Assembly: GCA_007376135.1 (NCBI GenBank)
Contig: VMFR01000001.1
Span: 206,554-270,553, forward strand
Direction of reading: 5' to 3'
Source: Parcubacteria group bacterium Gr01-1014_31
GTDB taxonomy: Bacteria > Patescibacteriota > Patescibacteriia > Buchananbacterales > GWA2-38-13
DNA: 64,000 nt
This document shows, one piece after another, positions 9,561-18,598 of this stretch (position 1 is the stretch's first letter; each line of letters starts with the position of its first letter). Under the pieces are notes generated by a model. It was given only the letters and a program-made list of their open reading frames with translations, made no database searches and was not told the origin of the DNA. The position numbers were made by a program, and so were the translations under genes.

Positions 9561-11207
9561 CTAGGCGCCCGGCTCCGTCACGGTTTCCGTCACATTCACC
9601 AGCGTCCGGCGCCGGCGGCGGAAGGTTTCCGCGAATGCCATGGCTTCCGGCGAACGCATCAATAGCATCATTCCGCCGTAGGTAACCGCGCCCACAAAGG
9701 TGGCCACGGTCGCCTGGGCCGCCACGCCGAGGAACGTTTGCGTGCCCGATAGCGGCGCTATCGCGTACTTTACGAGCTGCACGGCTGTCACCATGACAAA
9801 GGTGGCCAGGGTCATCTTGCCCACCGAAGCCAGCACCGTCCGGCCGTCCATTCCGCCCAGCCGCGCCCGCAGCATGACGAGCAGCACCGCCAGCTGCAAA
9901 ATGTTGGCGAGACTGAACGCGAGGGCGAGCCCCGCGACGCCCAGCGTGCGCGACTGGCCGGGCAGGCTCAGACCCGGTAAAACGATGGCGAGCGTGATGT
10001 TGAGCAGGAAACCGCCGAGCGACGTCAGCAACGGCGTCACGCTGTCGCGCTGGGCAAAGTAGGCGCGCATCAAGAGCGGAATGAGCGCCTGGGCGAACAA
10101 GCTCAGACAAAACATCACCAGCGCGTCGGTCGTCTGCACCGTATCATGCCAGTCGAACCGCCCGCTCCCCAGCAGCCCCCGCACCAGCTGCGCCCGCAAC
10201 GCGACCAAAAGCGCGGTTGCCGGCAGCATCAGGAACAATATCTGGCGGATAGTTTGTGACAGCGTGGCAATGAACCGCTCGCGATTTCCCACCAGCTCCG
10301 ACAGGGTCGGGAACGCGGCAACGGCGAACGAGATGCCAAAGACTCCCAGCGGGAATGATTGCAAATTATTGGCGAACGTGAAGACGGTCAGACTGCCGGC
10401 GCTCAACGACGAGGCGAACACTGTAACTGCGACGAGGTTGAGCTGCGCGATGGCAAGACTGGCGGTGCGCGGACCCATCAGGCGCAGGATCTGGCGCAGC
10501 TGGCGGTCGCGGAGGTCCAACACCCACCCGTAGCGAAACCCGGCCGAGATCAACGCGGGCAGCTGGATGGCCAAATGCAGCCCCGCTCCCAGCACCACGC
10601 CCCACGCCAGTCCCCGGATGCCGAACTGCGGGACGAGAAATAGGGCGCCGGCGATGATGCCAACGTTATAGAGTATCGGCGAGAGGGAAAAAACGAAAAA
10701 TTGCTTCAACGACTGCAGGACTCCCCCCAGCACCGCGGATATTCCCAGCAACAGCGGTGACAGCAACATCACGCGCGTCAGATCGGCCGTCTGCCGCACC
10801 TCCTCGGCGGAAAACCCGGGGGTCAGGAGCCGCGTCACGGGCGTCACGAACGCAAAGATGGCCAGCCCCGCCGCGACCGACGCCAAAGCCACCGTATGCA
10901 GCACGTTGTTCACCAGCCGCCAGGCCGCCGCATGCTGTCCCCCGTCGCGGTTGAACATTTCGGTGAAAATGGGAATGAACCCGGCCGACAACGCCCCGAC
11001 TACGAGCAGGTTGAACAGCAGGTCCGGTAAACGGAACGCCGCGTAGTAGGTATCCAAGAGCGCGTCAGCTCCGAACTCTCCCGCCAGAACACGGTCGCGC
11101 AGCAACCCCAGCGCCCGCGACACGAGCGACATCAACCCGACGACGGCCGCCGCCGACGTGATGCTTTTGCTGACGTTGCCGACCAAGAGACGCCGAAACA
11201 TTGCCAA
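9561..11207 (-). CDS. murJ: Lipid II flippase MurJ (MviN)
   Basis: ORF track; 548 aa polytopic protein with N-terminus ...SAAVVGLMSLVSRALGLLRDRVLAGEFGA typical of MurJ. Confidence 0.85.
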   Translation of the reverse strand: MAMFRRLLVGNVSKSITSAAAVVGLMSLVSRALGLLRDRVLAGEFGADALLDTYYAAFRLPDLLFNLLVVGALSAGFIPIFTEMFNRDGGQHAAAWRLVNNVLHTVALASVAAGLAIFAFVTPVTRLLTPGFSAEEVRQTADLTRVMLLSPLLLGISAVLGGVLQSLKQFFVFSLSPILYNVGIIAGALFLVPQFGIRGLAWGVVLGAGLHLAIQLPALISAGFRYGWVLDLRDRQLRQILRLMGPRTASLAIAQLNLVAVTVFASSLSAGSLTVFTFANNLQSFPLGVFGISFAVAAFPTLSELVGNRERFIATLSQTIRQILFLMLPATALLVALRAQLVRGLLGSGRFDWHDTVQTTDALVMFCLSLFAQALIPLLMRAYFAQRDSVTPLLTSLGGFLLNITLAIVLPGLSLPGQSRTLGVAGLALAFSLANILQLAVLLVMLRARLGGMDGRTVLASVGKMTLATFVMVTAVQLVKYAIAPLSGTQTFLGVAAQATVATFVGAVTYGGMMLLMRSPEAMAFAETFRRRRRTLVNVTETVTEPGA

Positions 11208-11231
11208 GGAAGGACAAGGAAAAAACTGCGG

Positions 11232-12455
11232 TCAGGCGGCTACCGCGGGTTGCTGCGCCGCCGGTGCGGCCTCAACGGGCGGCGGCAGGCGGCGCGCCAG
11301 CGACTGCGAAAGTTTTGCGATCTGCCATTCTTCGTCGGTCGCAATGGTCAGCGCGACGAACGGTAAAAATATCTTCAGCCGCTCTTTCACCAGCGCCCGC
11401 ACCACCGCGCTCCGTTCGCCGATGGCGCCGGAGAACACCAGCGCATCCATCCCGCCCATCACCGTCGCGAACGCTCCAACGTACCGGATAATATCGTAGA
11501 TGAATACGTCCAGCGCGAGCTTGGCCCGCGTCCGATCCTGCGCGGTGAAGGGTTTGGGCGGCTGATAGCCGGTCACCGCATGGCCGGCCGCGCACAGCAC
11601 GTCGCGCAAGTCGCTGGAGTACCCGAACAGCCCCAAGATGCCCGACTGGCGGTTGAGGATGGTCTCCACCACCTCGGGAGACAGGCGTTGCACCTTTTGT
11701 AGGTAGGTCACGACCGTCGGGTCGACGTCGCCGCTGCGGGTACCCATCGTCAGGCCTTCCAGCGGGCTGAAACCCATGGTCGTATCCACCGGAGCGCCGT
11801 TCTTTACCGCCGCCAGACTGCAGCCGGAACCCAGATGCGCGATCACCAGCCGTAACCGTTCCAAGGGCTTGCCGAGGCTCTTGGCCGCCGCTTCGGCGAG
11901 GAATTGATGCGAAATGCCGTGGAACCCATAGCGGCGGATGCCGTACTTTTCCGCATACTCATACGGCAGCGCGTAGATGGCGGCCTCCTCGGGCAGGTCG
12001 GCAAAGTACGCCGTGTCAAACACGCCGATCTGCGGCACGCCAGGGAATAACCGTACGGTCTCCTCAACAACCGCCAGGTTGATGGGATTATGGAGCGGCG
12101 ATATCGCAGAAAGCGCGTGCAGCTGCGTCAGCACATCCTTCGTCAACGCCGTTGGCTTGCGGAATGTTCTGCCGCCGTGGACTATACGGTGTGCAGCCGC
12201 CCGCAGACGCTCGCCCCAGTGGTTGAGGTGGCTGCGAATCTCGCGCAGCGCTTGCTGGTGCTGGGCGACCCCCCCGGGAAAATTTCGCCGGATCATGCGG
12301 CCCGAGGATGTCTCGTGCACCTCCAAGGTGCTGCCGGACAACCCGATGCGCTCCATCTGGGCAGCTACCTGCAGCGAGAGGTCGCTGAGTTTAAAAATTT
12401 TGACCTTCAGGGTCGCGGAACCGGCGTTGACCACCAGGAGACAATCACGGGACAT
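11232..12455 (-). CDS. ackA: Acetate kinase
   Basis: ORF track; N-terminus LVVNAGSATLKVKIF (acetokinase signature 1) and HLGSGCS. Confidence 0.9.
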   Translation of the reverse strand: MSRDCLLVVNAGSATLKVKIFKLSDLSLQVAAQMERIGLSGSTLEVHETSSGRMIRRNFPGGVAQHQQALREIRSHLNHWGERLRAAAHRIVHGGRTFRKPTALTKDVLTQLHALSAISPLHNPINLAVVEETVRLFPGVPQIGVFDTAYFADLPEEAAIYALPYEYAEKYGIRRYGFHGISHQFLAEAAAKSLGKPLERLRLVIAHLGSGCSLAAVKNGAPVDTTMGFSPLEGLTMGTRSGDVDPTVVTYLQKVQRLSPEVVETILNRQSGILGLFGYSSDLRDVLCAAGHAVTGYQPPKPFTAQDRTRAKLALDVFIYDIIRYVGAFATVMGGMDALVFSGAIGERSAVVRALVKERLKIFLPFVALTIATDEEWQIAKLSQSLARRLPPPVEAAPAAQQPAVAA

Positions 12456-12562
12456 AAATATAATTCAAAAGGCAAAAATCAAAGGGTAAAATTATGGAGT
12501 CCCGCCCTTGGCGGGACGACATAATATCCTAACTTTTGACTTTTGCATTTTGACTTTTGCAT

Positions 12563-13126
12563 TCACTTCACGATCGTCCCCCATTCCCCGGCCCGGATGC
12601 CGGCCGCATTGGCCTCATCCGTGTCCAAGTGGCAGGCGAGCTTGAACTTCGGATGTATCCGCACGACCACGTCATGGAACGTCAGGGGCCGCGTGCCGTG
12701 CGTACGGACCGACACCGTCTGGCGGTTGCGCAGGCCCAGGCGGGCAGCCGCGCGCGGGTCGCAGTGGATATGGCGGTGCGCGATAATGACGGCCTTGCGT
12801 CGCACCCGCCCCTTGGGGCCGATAAGTTCGCACAGCACCCGCGGCGCCGAGCTGTTGCCGAAGTAGGTCACCGGTGGATTAACGCCCAGGTGCACAGCCA
12901 AAGTCTTTGGTATCTCCACCTGGGTATGGGGACGTTCCGGGCCGACGATGCGCGCGGTGATCTCTCCCGTGCCGATGCGGATACGCACGTTCTCGGCCGC
13001 CGCATATTGTCCCGGCTGGGAGATCGACCGCCGAGGCCGCAAACGATAGCCGCGGCCAAAAAGGATGGCAACGTCTTCGCCGGTCACGTGACAATGGTGT
13101 GCCGAGACTTCCAGGCGTACGCGCAT
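12563..13126 (-). CDS. PduL/EutD-type phosphate acyltransferase (phosphotransacylase), immediately upstream of ackA
   Basis: 187 aa. The conserved AHRHIH and HCH-containing halves fit the two PduL repeats. Pairing with ackA gives an acyl-CoA to acyl-phosphate to ATP pathway. Confidence 0.65.
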   Translation of the reverse strand: MRVRLEVSAHHCHVTGEDVAILFGRGYRLRPRRSISQPGQYAAAENVRIRIGTGEITARIVGPERPHTQVEIPKTLAVHLGVNPPVTYFGNSSAPRVLCELIGPKGRVRRKAVIIAHRHIHCDPRAAARLGLRNRQTVSVRTHGTRPLTFHDVVVRIHPKFKLACHLDTDEANAAGIRAGEWGTIVK

Positions 13127-13295
13127 ACAGGTACTAAGCTGAGGTTATTGAGAAATAGCTGAAAGTTGGAAAAATTAGCCTTCGAGCCCGGTCGAGAAGC
13201 GAATAATTCTGGTAACTTCTCGACTCCGCTCCGCTTCGCTCGAAGGATAACTGATTTTTCTATGTTTCATGTTCCAAGTTTTAAGTTCCACGAGA

Positions 13296-14315
13296 TCACC
13301 GCGCCCGCCGCAGCTGCGCGGCCAGCTCGGCTCGGGTCAGAACGCCGTGCTGCGCGCCGACCTTGGTCAGGACCGATGCGGCGTTGGTCACACCCCAGCG
13401 CAGCGCCAGCGCCACGTCGCCCTTGGCAAGCTGCAGGCCCGCGATGAACGCCGCGCCGAACGCGTCGCCGACGCCGGTCGTGTCGGCCTCCTTGCGCCGC
13501 AACGCCTTCTGGCGGTACACCTTGCCGGCGTGCAGCGCGTACACCCCATGCACCCCGTCGGTAATGACCACGTGCTTAGGCCCCCAATCGCTCAAAATGT
13601 TGAGCAGGTACAGCGGCTTGTTCAGGAAACTGGGGTTGCGCTTGCCCAACTTAATGCCCGAGAGCACCAACTCAATAGCCTCATCCTTGTTGACGATCAG
13701 CACGCCCGTCATCTTCAGGAACCGTTCCAACGCCCGCCGGCCCGCGGAGATCTGCTCGCCGCCGGGATTCCACGCCACTTTGGCCCCGCTACGCTCCGCC
13801 GCCGCGAACACCGCCCTGATGTTCTGCTGCCAGGCGTCGCCGGTCAGCGCCGTCATATATATCCAACGCGGGCGCAGCCCGCTAAAGCTTCCACTGTCCA
13901 GCCGCAGCCCTTCGGACGCCCCGCGGTAGACGAAAATGACATGGTCGTGCTCGCCCTTGGCCGACGCGATGATGGAGGACATGGCGGAATGGCGCGACGC
14001 ATCCGTCTGTATCCGGGAAGCGTCCACGCCTTGCCGCGCCAGGTCGCTTTTCAGGAACGCGCCCTCGGCGTCGTTGCCCACCCGGCTGATGACCGACACC
14101 CGCAATCCCAGCCGCCGAAAAGTGAGCGCGGCATTACCCGCGCCTCCGCCGGCGCCAAAGTGCGCCTGCGGCACTCTGATCTTGGCGCCGTACTCGAACC
14201 CGATCATCCGCTGCGCCGTCAGGTTGCCGGGGGTCTTGAGCACCTGGCCCTGGGTCGTAAACATGGTCACGTCCCGCACCAGAGTTCCGACCGTTACGAT
14301 GTCGTACTGCGCCAT
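13296..14315 (-). CDS. PfkB-family carbohydrate kinase (ribokinase-like)
   Basis: ORF track; GAGGxxN motif (FGAGGGAGNAA) and the C-terminal DTTGVGDAFGAAF anion-hole motif. Confidence 0.85.
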   Translation of the reverse strand: MAQYDIVTVGTLVRDVTMFTTQGQVLKTPGNLTAQRMIGFEYGAKIRVPQAHFGAGGGAGNAALTFRRLGLRVSVISRVGNDAEGAFLKSDLARQGVDASRIQTDASRHSAMSSIIASAKGEHDHVIFVYRGASEGLRLDSGSFSGLRPRWIYMTALTGDAWQQNIRAVFAAAERSGAKVAWNPGGEQISAGRRALERFLKMTGVLIVNKDEAIELVLSGIKLGKRNPSFLNKPLYLLNILSDWGPKHVVITDGVHGVYALHAGKVYRQKALRRKEADTTGVGDAFGAAFIAGLQLAKGDVALALRWGVTNAASVLTKVGAQHGVLTRAELAAQLRRAR

Positions 14316-14325
14316 AAAAAACGTT

Positions 14326-14715
14326 TTACGCCCTTTTTCCCTTCAAAACCTGCTGCACTTTGTGCACGACCTGGTCGATGGCGATATCGGCCTTCACCAG
14401 GTAGTCGACCGCGCCCAGGTCCATGCCGGTGCGGATCTCCTGTTCCTGGCCCAGGTTGGACAGGATGACCACAGGGATGTTCTTCGTGTCTGCATGCGCT
14501 TTCAGCTGGCGCAAAACGTCAAATCCGCTCTCCCCCGGGAGCAGGATATCCAGCAGGATGATATCGGGCCGCAACTTCTGCAGATGAGACTTGGCCTCTT
14601 TCCAATCCAGGGCGAGGGAGACGGTGTATTGGCCGCCCTCCAGCGCGTCTTTGAGCAAGCGCACCAGGTTCTTATCGTCTTCGATGACGAGCACTTTTTT
14701 TGTGGACCTTGGCAT
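14326..14715 (-). CDS. Single-domain response regulator (receiver)
   Basis: MPRSTKKVLVIEDDKNLVRLL...DIILLDILLPGESGFDVL...K. Confidence 0.85.
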   Translation of the reverse strand: MPRSTKKVLVIEDDKNLVRLLKDALEGGQYTVSLALDWKEAKSHLQKLRPDIILLDILLPGESGFDVLRQLKAHADTKNIPVVILSNLGQEQEIRTGMDLGAVDYLVKADIAIDQVVHKVQQVLKGKRA

Positions 14716-14745
14716 ACGGTTGGGGTTAATTTACGAACACTTCGG

Positions 14746-16659
14746 CTACCGCTTCGTGGCGACTGGCACGCTGAAGCTGAACACGGAACCGCGGCGGAGC
14801 TGGCTTTCGAACCAAATGTCGCCGCGATGCAGTTCGACGATCGCGCGCGCGATGTACAAGCCGAGGCCGGTGCCCTCGATCTTGCGTTTTAGCACCTCCT
14901 GGGAGCGGAAGAACATCGTGAAGAGCTTGCGCCGCTGGTTGAGAGGGATGCCGATGCCGCTATCCTGCACCGAGAATATCAGATACTGGGGCGACTCGGT
15001 GTGGCGCACGGCCACGCCGAGTTTCCCCGTCAATTGGCGCAGTTCCGTCCCGCTGACCGTCCGCGCGCGCACGGTGACGCGGCCGCGCGGCGGAGTGTAT
15101 TTGATGGCGTTGCTGATGAGATTGGTGAAGACCTGGGCGATACGGCCCGCATCGGCGCTCACGCTGGGCATCCGTTGCGCGCCCACCCATCGCAGCGTGA
15201 TGCGCTTGACGTGTGCGGCCGTACGGAAGCTGTCCAGCACATCGCGGAGCGTCACGGCCAGGTTGGTCGGCTGCGGGTTGATGGAAAACCGCCCCTGCTG
15301 GAGCTTCGCCAGGTTCAACATATCCTTGACCAGGACCAGCTGGCGTTCGTTGTTGCGGTAGATCTGTTCCACCAGGCGGCGCTGTTCGGCGTTCAATTTG
15401 CCGATGGATTCCCGTTTCAGCATCTCCAGGCTCCAGCGGTTCACGCTCAACGGGCCGTTGAGCTCGTGCACGGTGATGGAGACGAACTCGCGTTCGCGCC
15501 GGATGCGCTCCGCGGCGGCCAGGTCTGCCCGGCGGTGGTCGATGGTCTCCTGCACCACCAGCGCCCAGCCGGTAATGACATCCTGGTTGCGCAACGGCAG
15601 CAGCAGCAGGCGGAACGGCGCCAGATGGTCATCTCCCGGCAGGCGCAATTTCGCCTCCATGGAATCCTCGGCGGTCGGGCGGCGTTTCAAGAATTTTATC
15701 AGCTCCGGAGCGTCCACCAGATCGCCGACATAGCGGCTGATGGCCTCGCGATTGAGGCTGAAAAGTTTTGCTGCCGCGCTGTTGCAATGCAGCACGCGGA
15801 AGGCCGTATCCAGGATGAGTACGCCGTCGCCCAGATGCTGGACCATCCGGGAAAGCTCATCAGCGGCGCGCCGCGCGGGAACCGGCACGGGCAGCAGCTT
15901 GCCCGCGAGGGGTTTGCGCGGCAACGCGACCATGAACGTCGTGCCCTCGCCGGGAACGCTGTTAAACACGATCGTGCCGCCCATCGCGGTCACGTAGTGG
16001 CGCGCGATGTAGAGCTCAAGGCCCAGCCCCTCCGTCTGCGAACGGATGGCATTTTCGGCCCGGAAAAATTTTGTAAAGATGTTCTTCTGCTCGCGCGCGG
16101 GAATGCCGATGCCGTGGTCGCGCACGCTGATGAGGATATTCTCCTTCTTGGCCGCGATCTTGATATCGACGCGGCCTTCACGCTTGCCGTACCGGATGGC
16201 GTTGTCCACCAGCACCTGCAGCACCTCTTTCAATTTTATCTGGTCGCTGGTCACCGCGGGCACGCCGTCCTTCGTTTGCACCGCCAATGTGCAGTTGTAC
16301 GCCTTGGCCAGCAGCGAGGATTCCAAAAGCACCGTGCGCGCCAGCGCGGGCACGCTGAACGTGCTGAAGACCACGCTGATGCCGCCCTCCTCAATGCGGC
16401 TGATGCGCAGCAGGTCGCCGACGATGCGCGCCATGAACGAGTTCTGCTGATAGGCGCGCTCCAGGTACTCGCGCTGCTTGATGGTCAGCCGGCCGCTGCG
16501 GCCCGACAGCACGGAATCCAGCGCCCAGCGGATGATGGAGATAGGCGTGCGCAGCTGGTGGCTGGCGACGGTCGCAAAGTCTGCGCGGACGCGGTCACGG
16601 CTGACGGAGAGCGTTGACCAGGCGCCGGGGCCTTGCGGATGCGCTGACGTTGCAGGCAT
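14746..16659 (-). CDS. Cytoplasmic sensor histidine kinase with two tandem HisKA-HATPase cores separated by a PAS-like region
   Basis: There are two H-boxes (ASHQLRTPIS and VHELNGPLS) and two ATPase G-box regions (GLGLELYIARHYVTAMGGTI and GTGLGLYIARAIVELHRGDI) in one 637-aa ORF. No TM helices are evident. Confidence 0.8.
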   Translation of the reverse strand: MPATSAHPQGPGAWSTLSVSRDRVRADFATVASHQLRTPISIIRWALDSVLSGRSGRLTIKQREYLERAYQQNSFMARIVGDLLRISRIEEGGISVVFSTFSVPALARTVLLESSLLAKAYNCTLAVQTKDGVPAVTSDQIKLKEVLQVLVDNAIRYGKREGRVDIKIAAKKENILISVRDHGIGIPAREQKNIFTKFFRAENAIRSQTEGLGLELYIARHYVTAMGGTIVFNSVPGEGTTFMVALPRKPLAGKLLPVPVPARRAADELSRMVQHLGDGVLILDTAFRVLHCNSAAAKLFSLNREAISRYVGDLVDAPELIKFLKRRPTAEDSMEAKLRLPGDDHLAPFRLLLLPLRNQDVITGWALVVQETIDHRRADLAAAERIRREREFVSITVHELNGPLSVNRWSLEMLKRESIGKLNAEQRRLVEQIYRNNERQLVLVKDMLNLAKLQQGRFSINPQPTNLAVTLRDVLDSFRTAAHVKRITLRWVGAQRMPSVSADAGRIAQVFTNLISNAIKYTPPRGRVTVRARTVSGTELRQLTGKLGVAVRHTESPQYLIFSVQDSGIGIPLNQRRKLFTMFFRSQEVLKRKIEGTGLGLYIARAIVELHRGDIWFESQLRRGSVFSFSVPVATKR

Positions 16660-16670
16660 GGAAATTCAAA

Positions 16671-17927
16671 TTAGAGGATACGCAGCTGGCTTCCCACCCG
16701 TTCCAGGAAATGCAGCTTGGTCAGCACCATTGCGATGAGCAGCGACAGCACCGCGATGCTCTGCACGATGAGGGTCGGGTGCTGCACGCGGATATGCACG
16801 AAGATATTGAGCAACAGCGCCGCCGCCAAAAAGACCACCAGCGCCATTAGGAAAAAATTAGAGAATGAGAGGACCATGGCGACCAGCTGGTCGGTGCGGT
16901 TCTCTGCGCCCAGAACGAGTATCGGCTCTCCGGCCAACGTGACGGACGGCTCCAGGGTCAGGCCACGCTCCCCGCCGATACTGGCAACCAGCGTCGGCGG
17001 CTCCTGCAGCGGCTGCGGTATCGGAGCTGGAGTTGGGGTCGCGCTCGGCTCCGGCGTCGGGCTGACTTGGGCGACGGGTACCGGCGTCGGCGTCGGACGC
17101 ACGGCCGTCGGACTCGGCGACGGTTGCGGCGTCGGCGTTGCCGCCGGGGCTACCGCCAGCGTCGGGCTCTGCCGCCGGGTCCCGAAAAACTGGACCAGCA
17201 GCTCGGTCTCGCGCCCGGCCAGCGTGCCGTTGACCACGGCCACGCCGATATCCTGGTACCGCGCATTCATGATGTTGGCGCGGTGCGACGGGCTGCGCAT
17301 GAACGCTTCATGAATGGCATCGGCGGACATGAAATCCACGGCCAGGTTCTCGCCCGCGTAGACGTAATCGTACCGCTCGCGGTCAATGAAACTCCAGGGT
17401 TTGCGGCCATCGGGCGTATCGTGCGCGAAGTAATCGCGCGCGATCATATCCTCCCCCTTGCGCAAGGCGCTGGTAACCAGCAGCGGCTCCACCCGCAATC
17501 CGGGAATACCCGCCTCCTCGCGCGACTGGTTCGCCAGGGCCACGATCTCCTGGGCGACGATGCGTGCCAGTTTTGCCGGCGTCGGGAAGTAGAGGAAGAG
17601 CGCACCCGACGCGATGACCTTCACCAGCACGGCCGCGACCGTATACGTCAAGAGGCTGCGCGGCCGCAAGGCGTGCGGGCGGTGGTCGTTGCCGTGGTGC
17701 GGAATGAGGAAATCGCGCAGCAGGCTATGGGAATCGCGGAAGAACTGCCGCCAACCCTCTTTGCCGCTGAACAGCTGTTCCAGCTCGCCGGCCTCCCCGC
17801 GCGCGAATCGCTTGGCGCGCGAAGTAAGCGAAAACCGGCGGGCGATCCACTGGCCTACGCCCACCGCGAGCTCCGCGCCGATAGCGAGCAATGCCAATTT
17901 TTTTCCCCAGGACCCCCGTTTTTTCAT
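16671..17927 (-). CDS. Membrane-anchored CAP (SCP/PR-1-like) domain protein with Pro/Thr-rich linker
   Basis: CAP core (HDTPDGRKPWSFIDRERYDYVYAGENLA...HRANIMN) is followed by PTPTP linker and a C-terminal hydrophobic segment. Confidence 0.75.
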   Translation of the reverse strand: MKKRGSWGKKLALLAIGAELAVGVGQWIARRFSLTSRAKRFARGEAGELEQLFSGKEGWRQFFRDSHSLLRDFLIPHHGNDHRPHALRPRSLLTYTVAAVLVKVIASGALFLYFPTPAKLARIVAQEIVALANQSREEAGIPGLRVEPLLVTSALRKGEDMIARDYFAHDTPDGRKPWSFIDRERYDYVYAGENLAVDFMSADAIHEAFMRSPSHRANIMNARYQDIGVAVVNGTLAGRETELLVQFFGTRRQSPTLAVAPAATPTPQPSPSPTAVRPTPTPVPVAQVSPTPEPSATPTPAPIPQPLQEPPTLVASIGGERGLTLEPSVTLAGEPILVLGAENRTDQLVAMVLSFSNFFLMALVVFLAAALLLNIFVHIRVQHPTLIVQSIAVLSLLIAMVLTKLHFLERVGSQLRIL

Positions 17928-18082
17928 TGCTGTAAAAGGATTACCCGATGGGATAAAGTATACCAGATGCGGGGATTTTCATGTCTGTTCATAAATCATG
18001 GTATTATACCAAAAAATGTACTTCCCGTCAATACCCTAAATAACCGCCGTAATAAAAAAATCCACTTCATCCGTCTCCTATA

Positions 18083-18598
18083 TTGTGCACATCCATGGGC
18101 CCTGAACAGGCATTCATCCAAGCCTATGACCAATATGCCGACGCCATTTACAGGCATTGCTACTTTCGCGTGCTTGACCGAGAGAAGGCGCGGGACCTGA
18201 TGCAGGAGGCCTTCACCCGCACCTGGTCGTACCTTGCCGACGGCAATGAGGTCGACAACCTACGCGCTTTCCTTTACCGGGTCGCCAATAACCTCATCAT
18301 TGACCAGTCCCGCAAACGGCCGACCGTTTCTCTGGATGAAATTCGGGAGCGCGGGGTCGAACTGGGCAAAACCTCGCCGGAGGACATCGGCAAGCGGCTG
18401 GACCTGCAAGTGGTGGCCAAGGCCCTGCAACAGATCGACCCGCCGTGCCGCGACCTCCTGATACTCCGTTATCTGGATGGCATGCCGCCGCGCGATATCG
18501 CCAAAACCTGCCACCTACCCATCAGCCGCGTCTACGTCCAACTCCACCGCGGCCGTCAGCAGCTCCGTATACTTCTTTCCACCACCTACCATGCGTAA
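18083..18598 (+). CDS. ECF-type RNA polymerase sigma-70 factor
   Basis: Region 2 (FTRTWSYLA, LYRVANNLIIDQSRK) and region 4 HTH (RDIAKTCHLPISRVYVQLHRGRQQL). Confidence 0.85.
   Translation: MCTSMGPEQAFIQAYDQYADAIYRHCYFRVLDREKARDLMQEAFTRTWSYLADGNEVDNLRAFLYRVANNLIIDQSRKRPTVSLDEIRERGVELGKTSPEDIGKRLDLQVVAKALQQIDPPCRDLLILRYLDGMPPRDIAKTCHLPISRVYVQLHRGRQQLRILLSTTYHA

Noticed and set aside
15001-16617. 538-aa plus-strand ORF
   Set aside because: It is antisense to the histidine kinase gene, which has clear H-box and G-box motifs. It is a shadow ORF.
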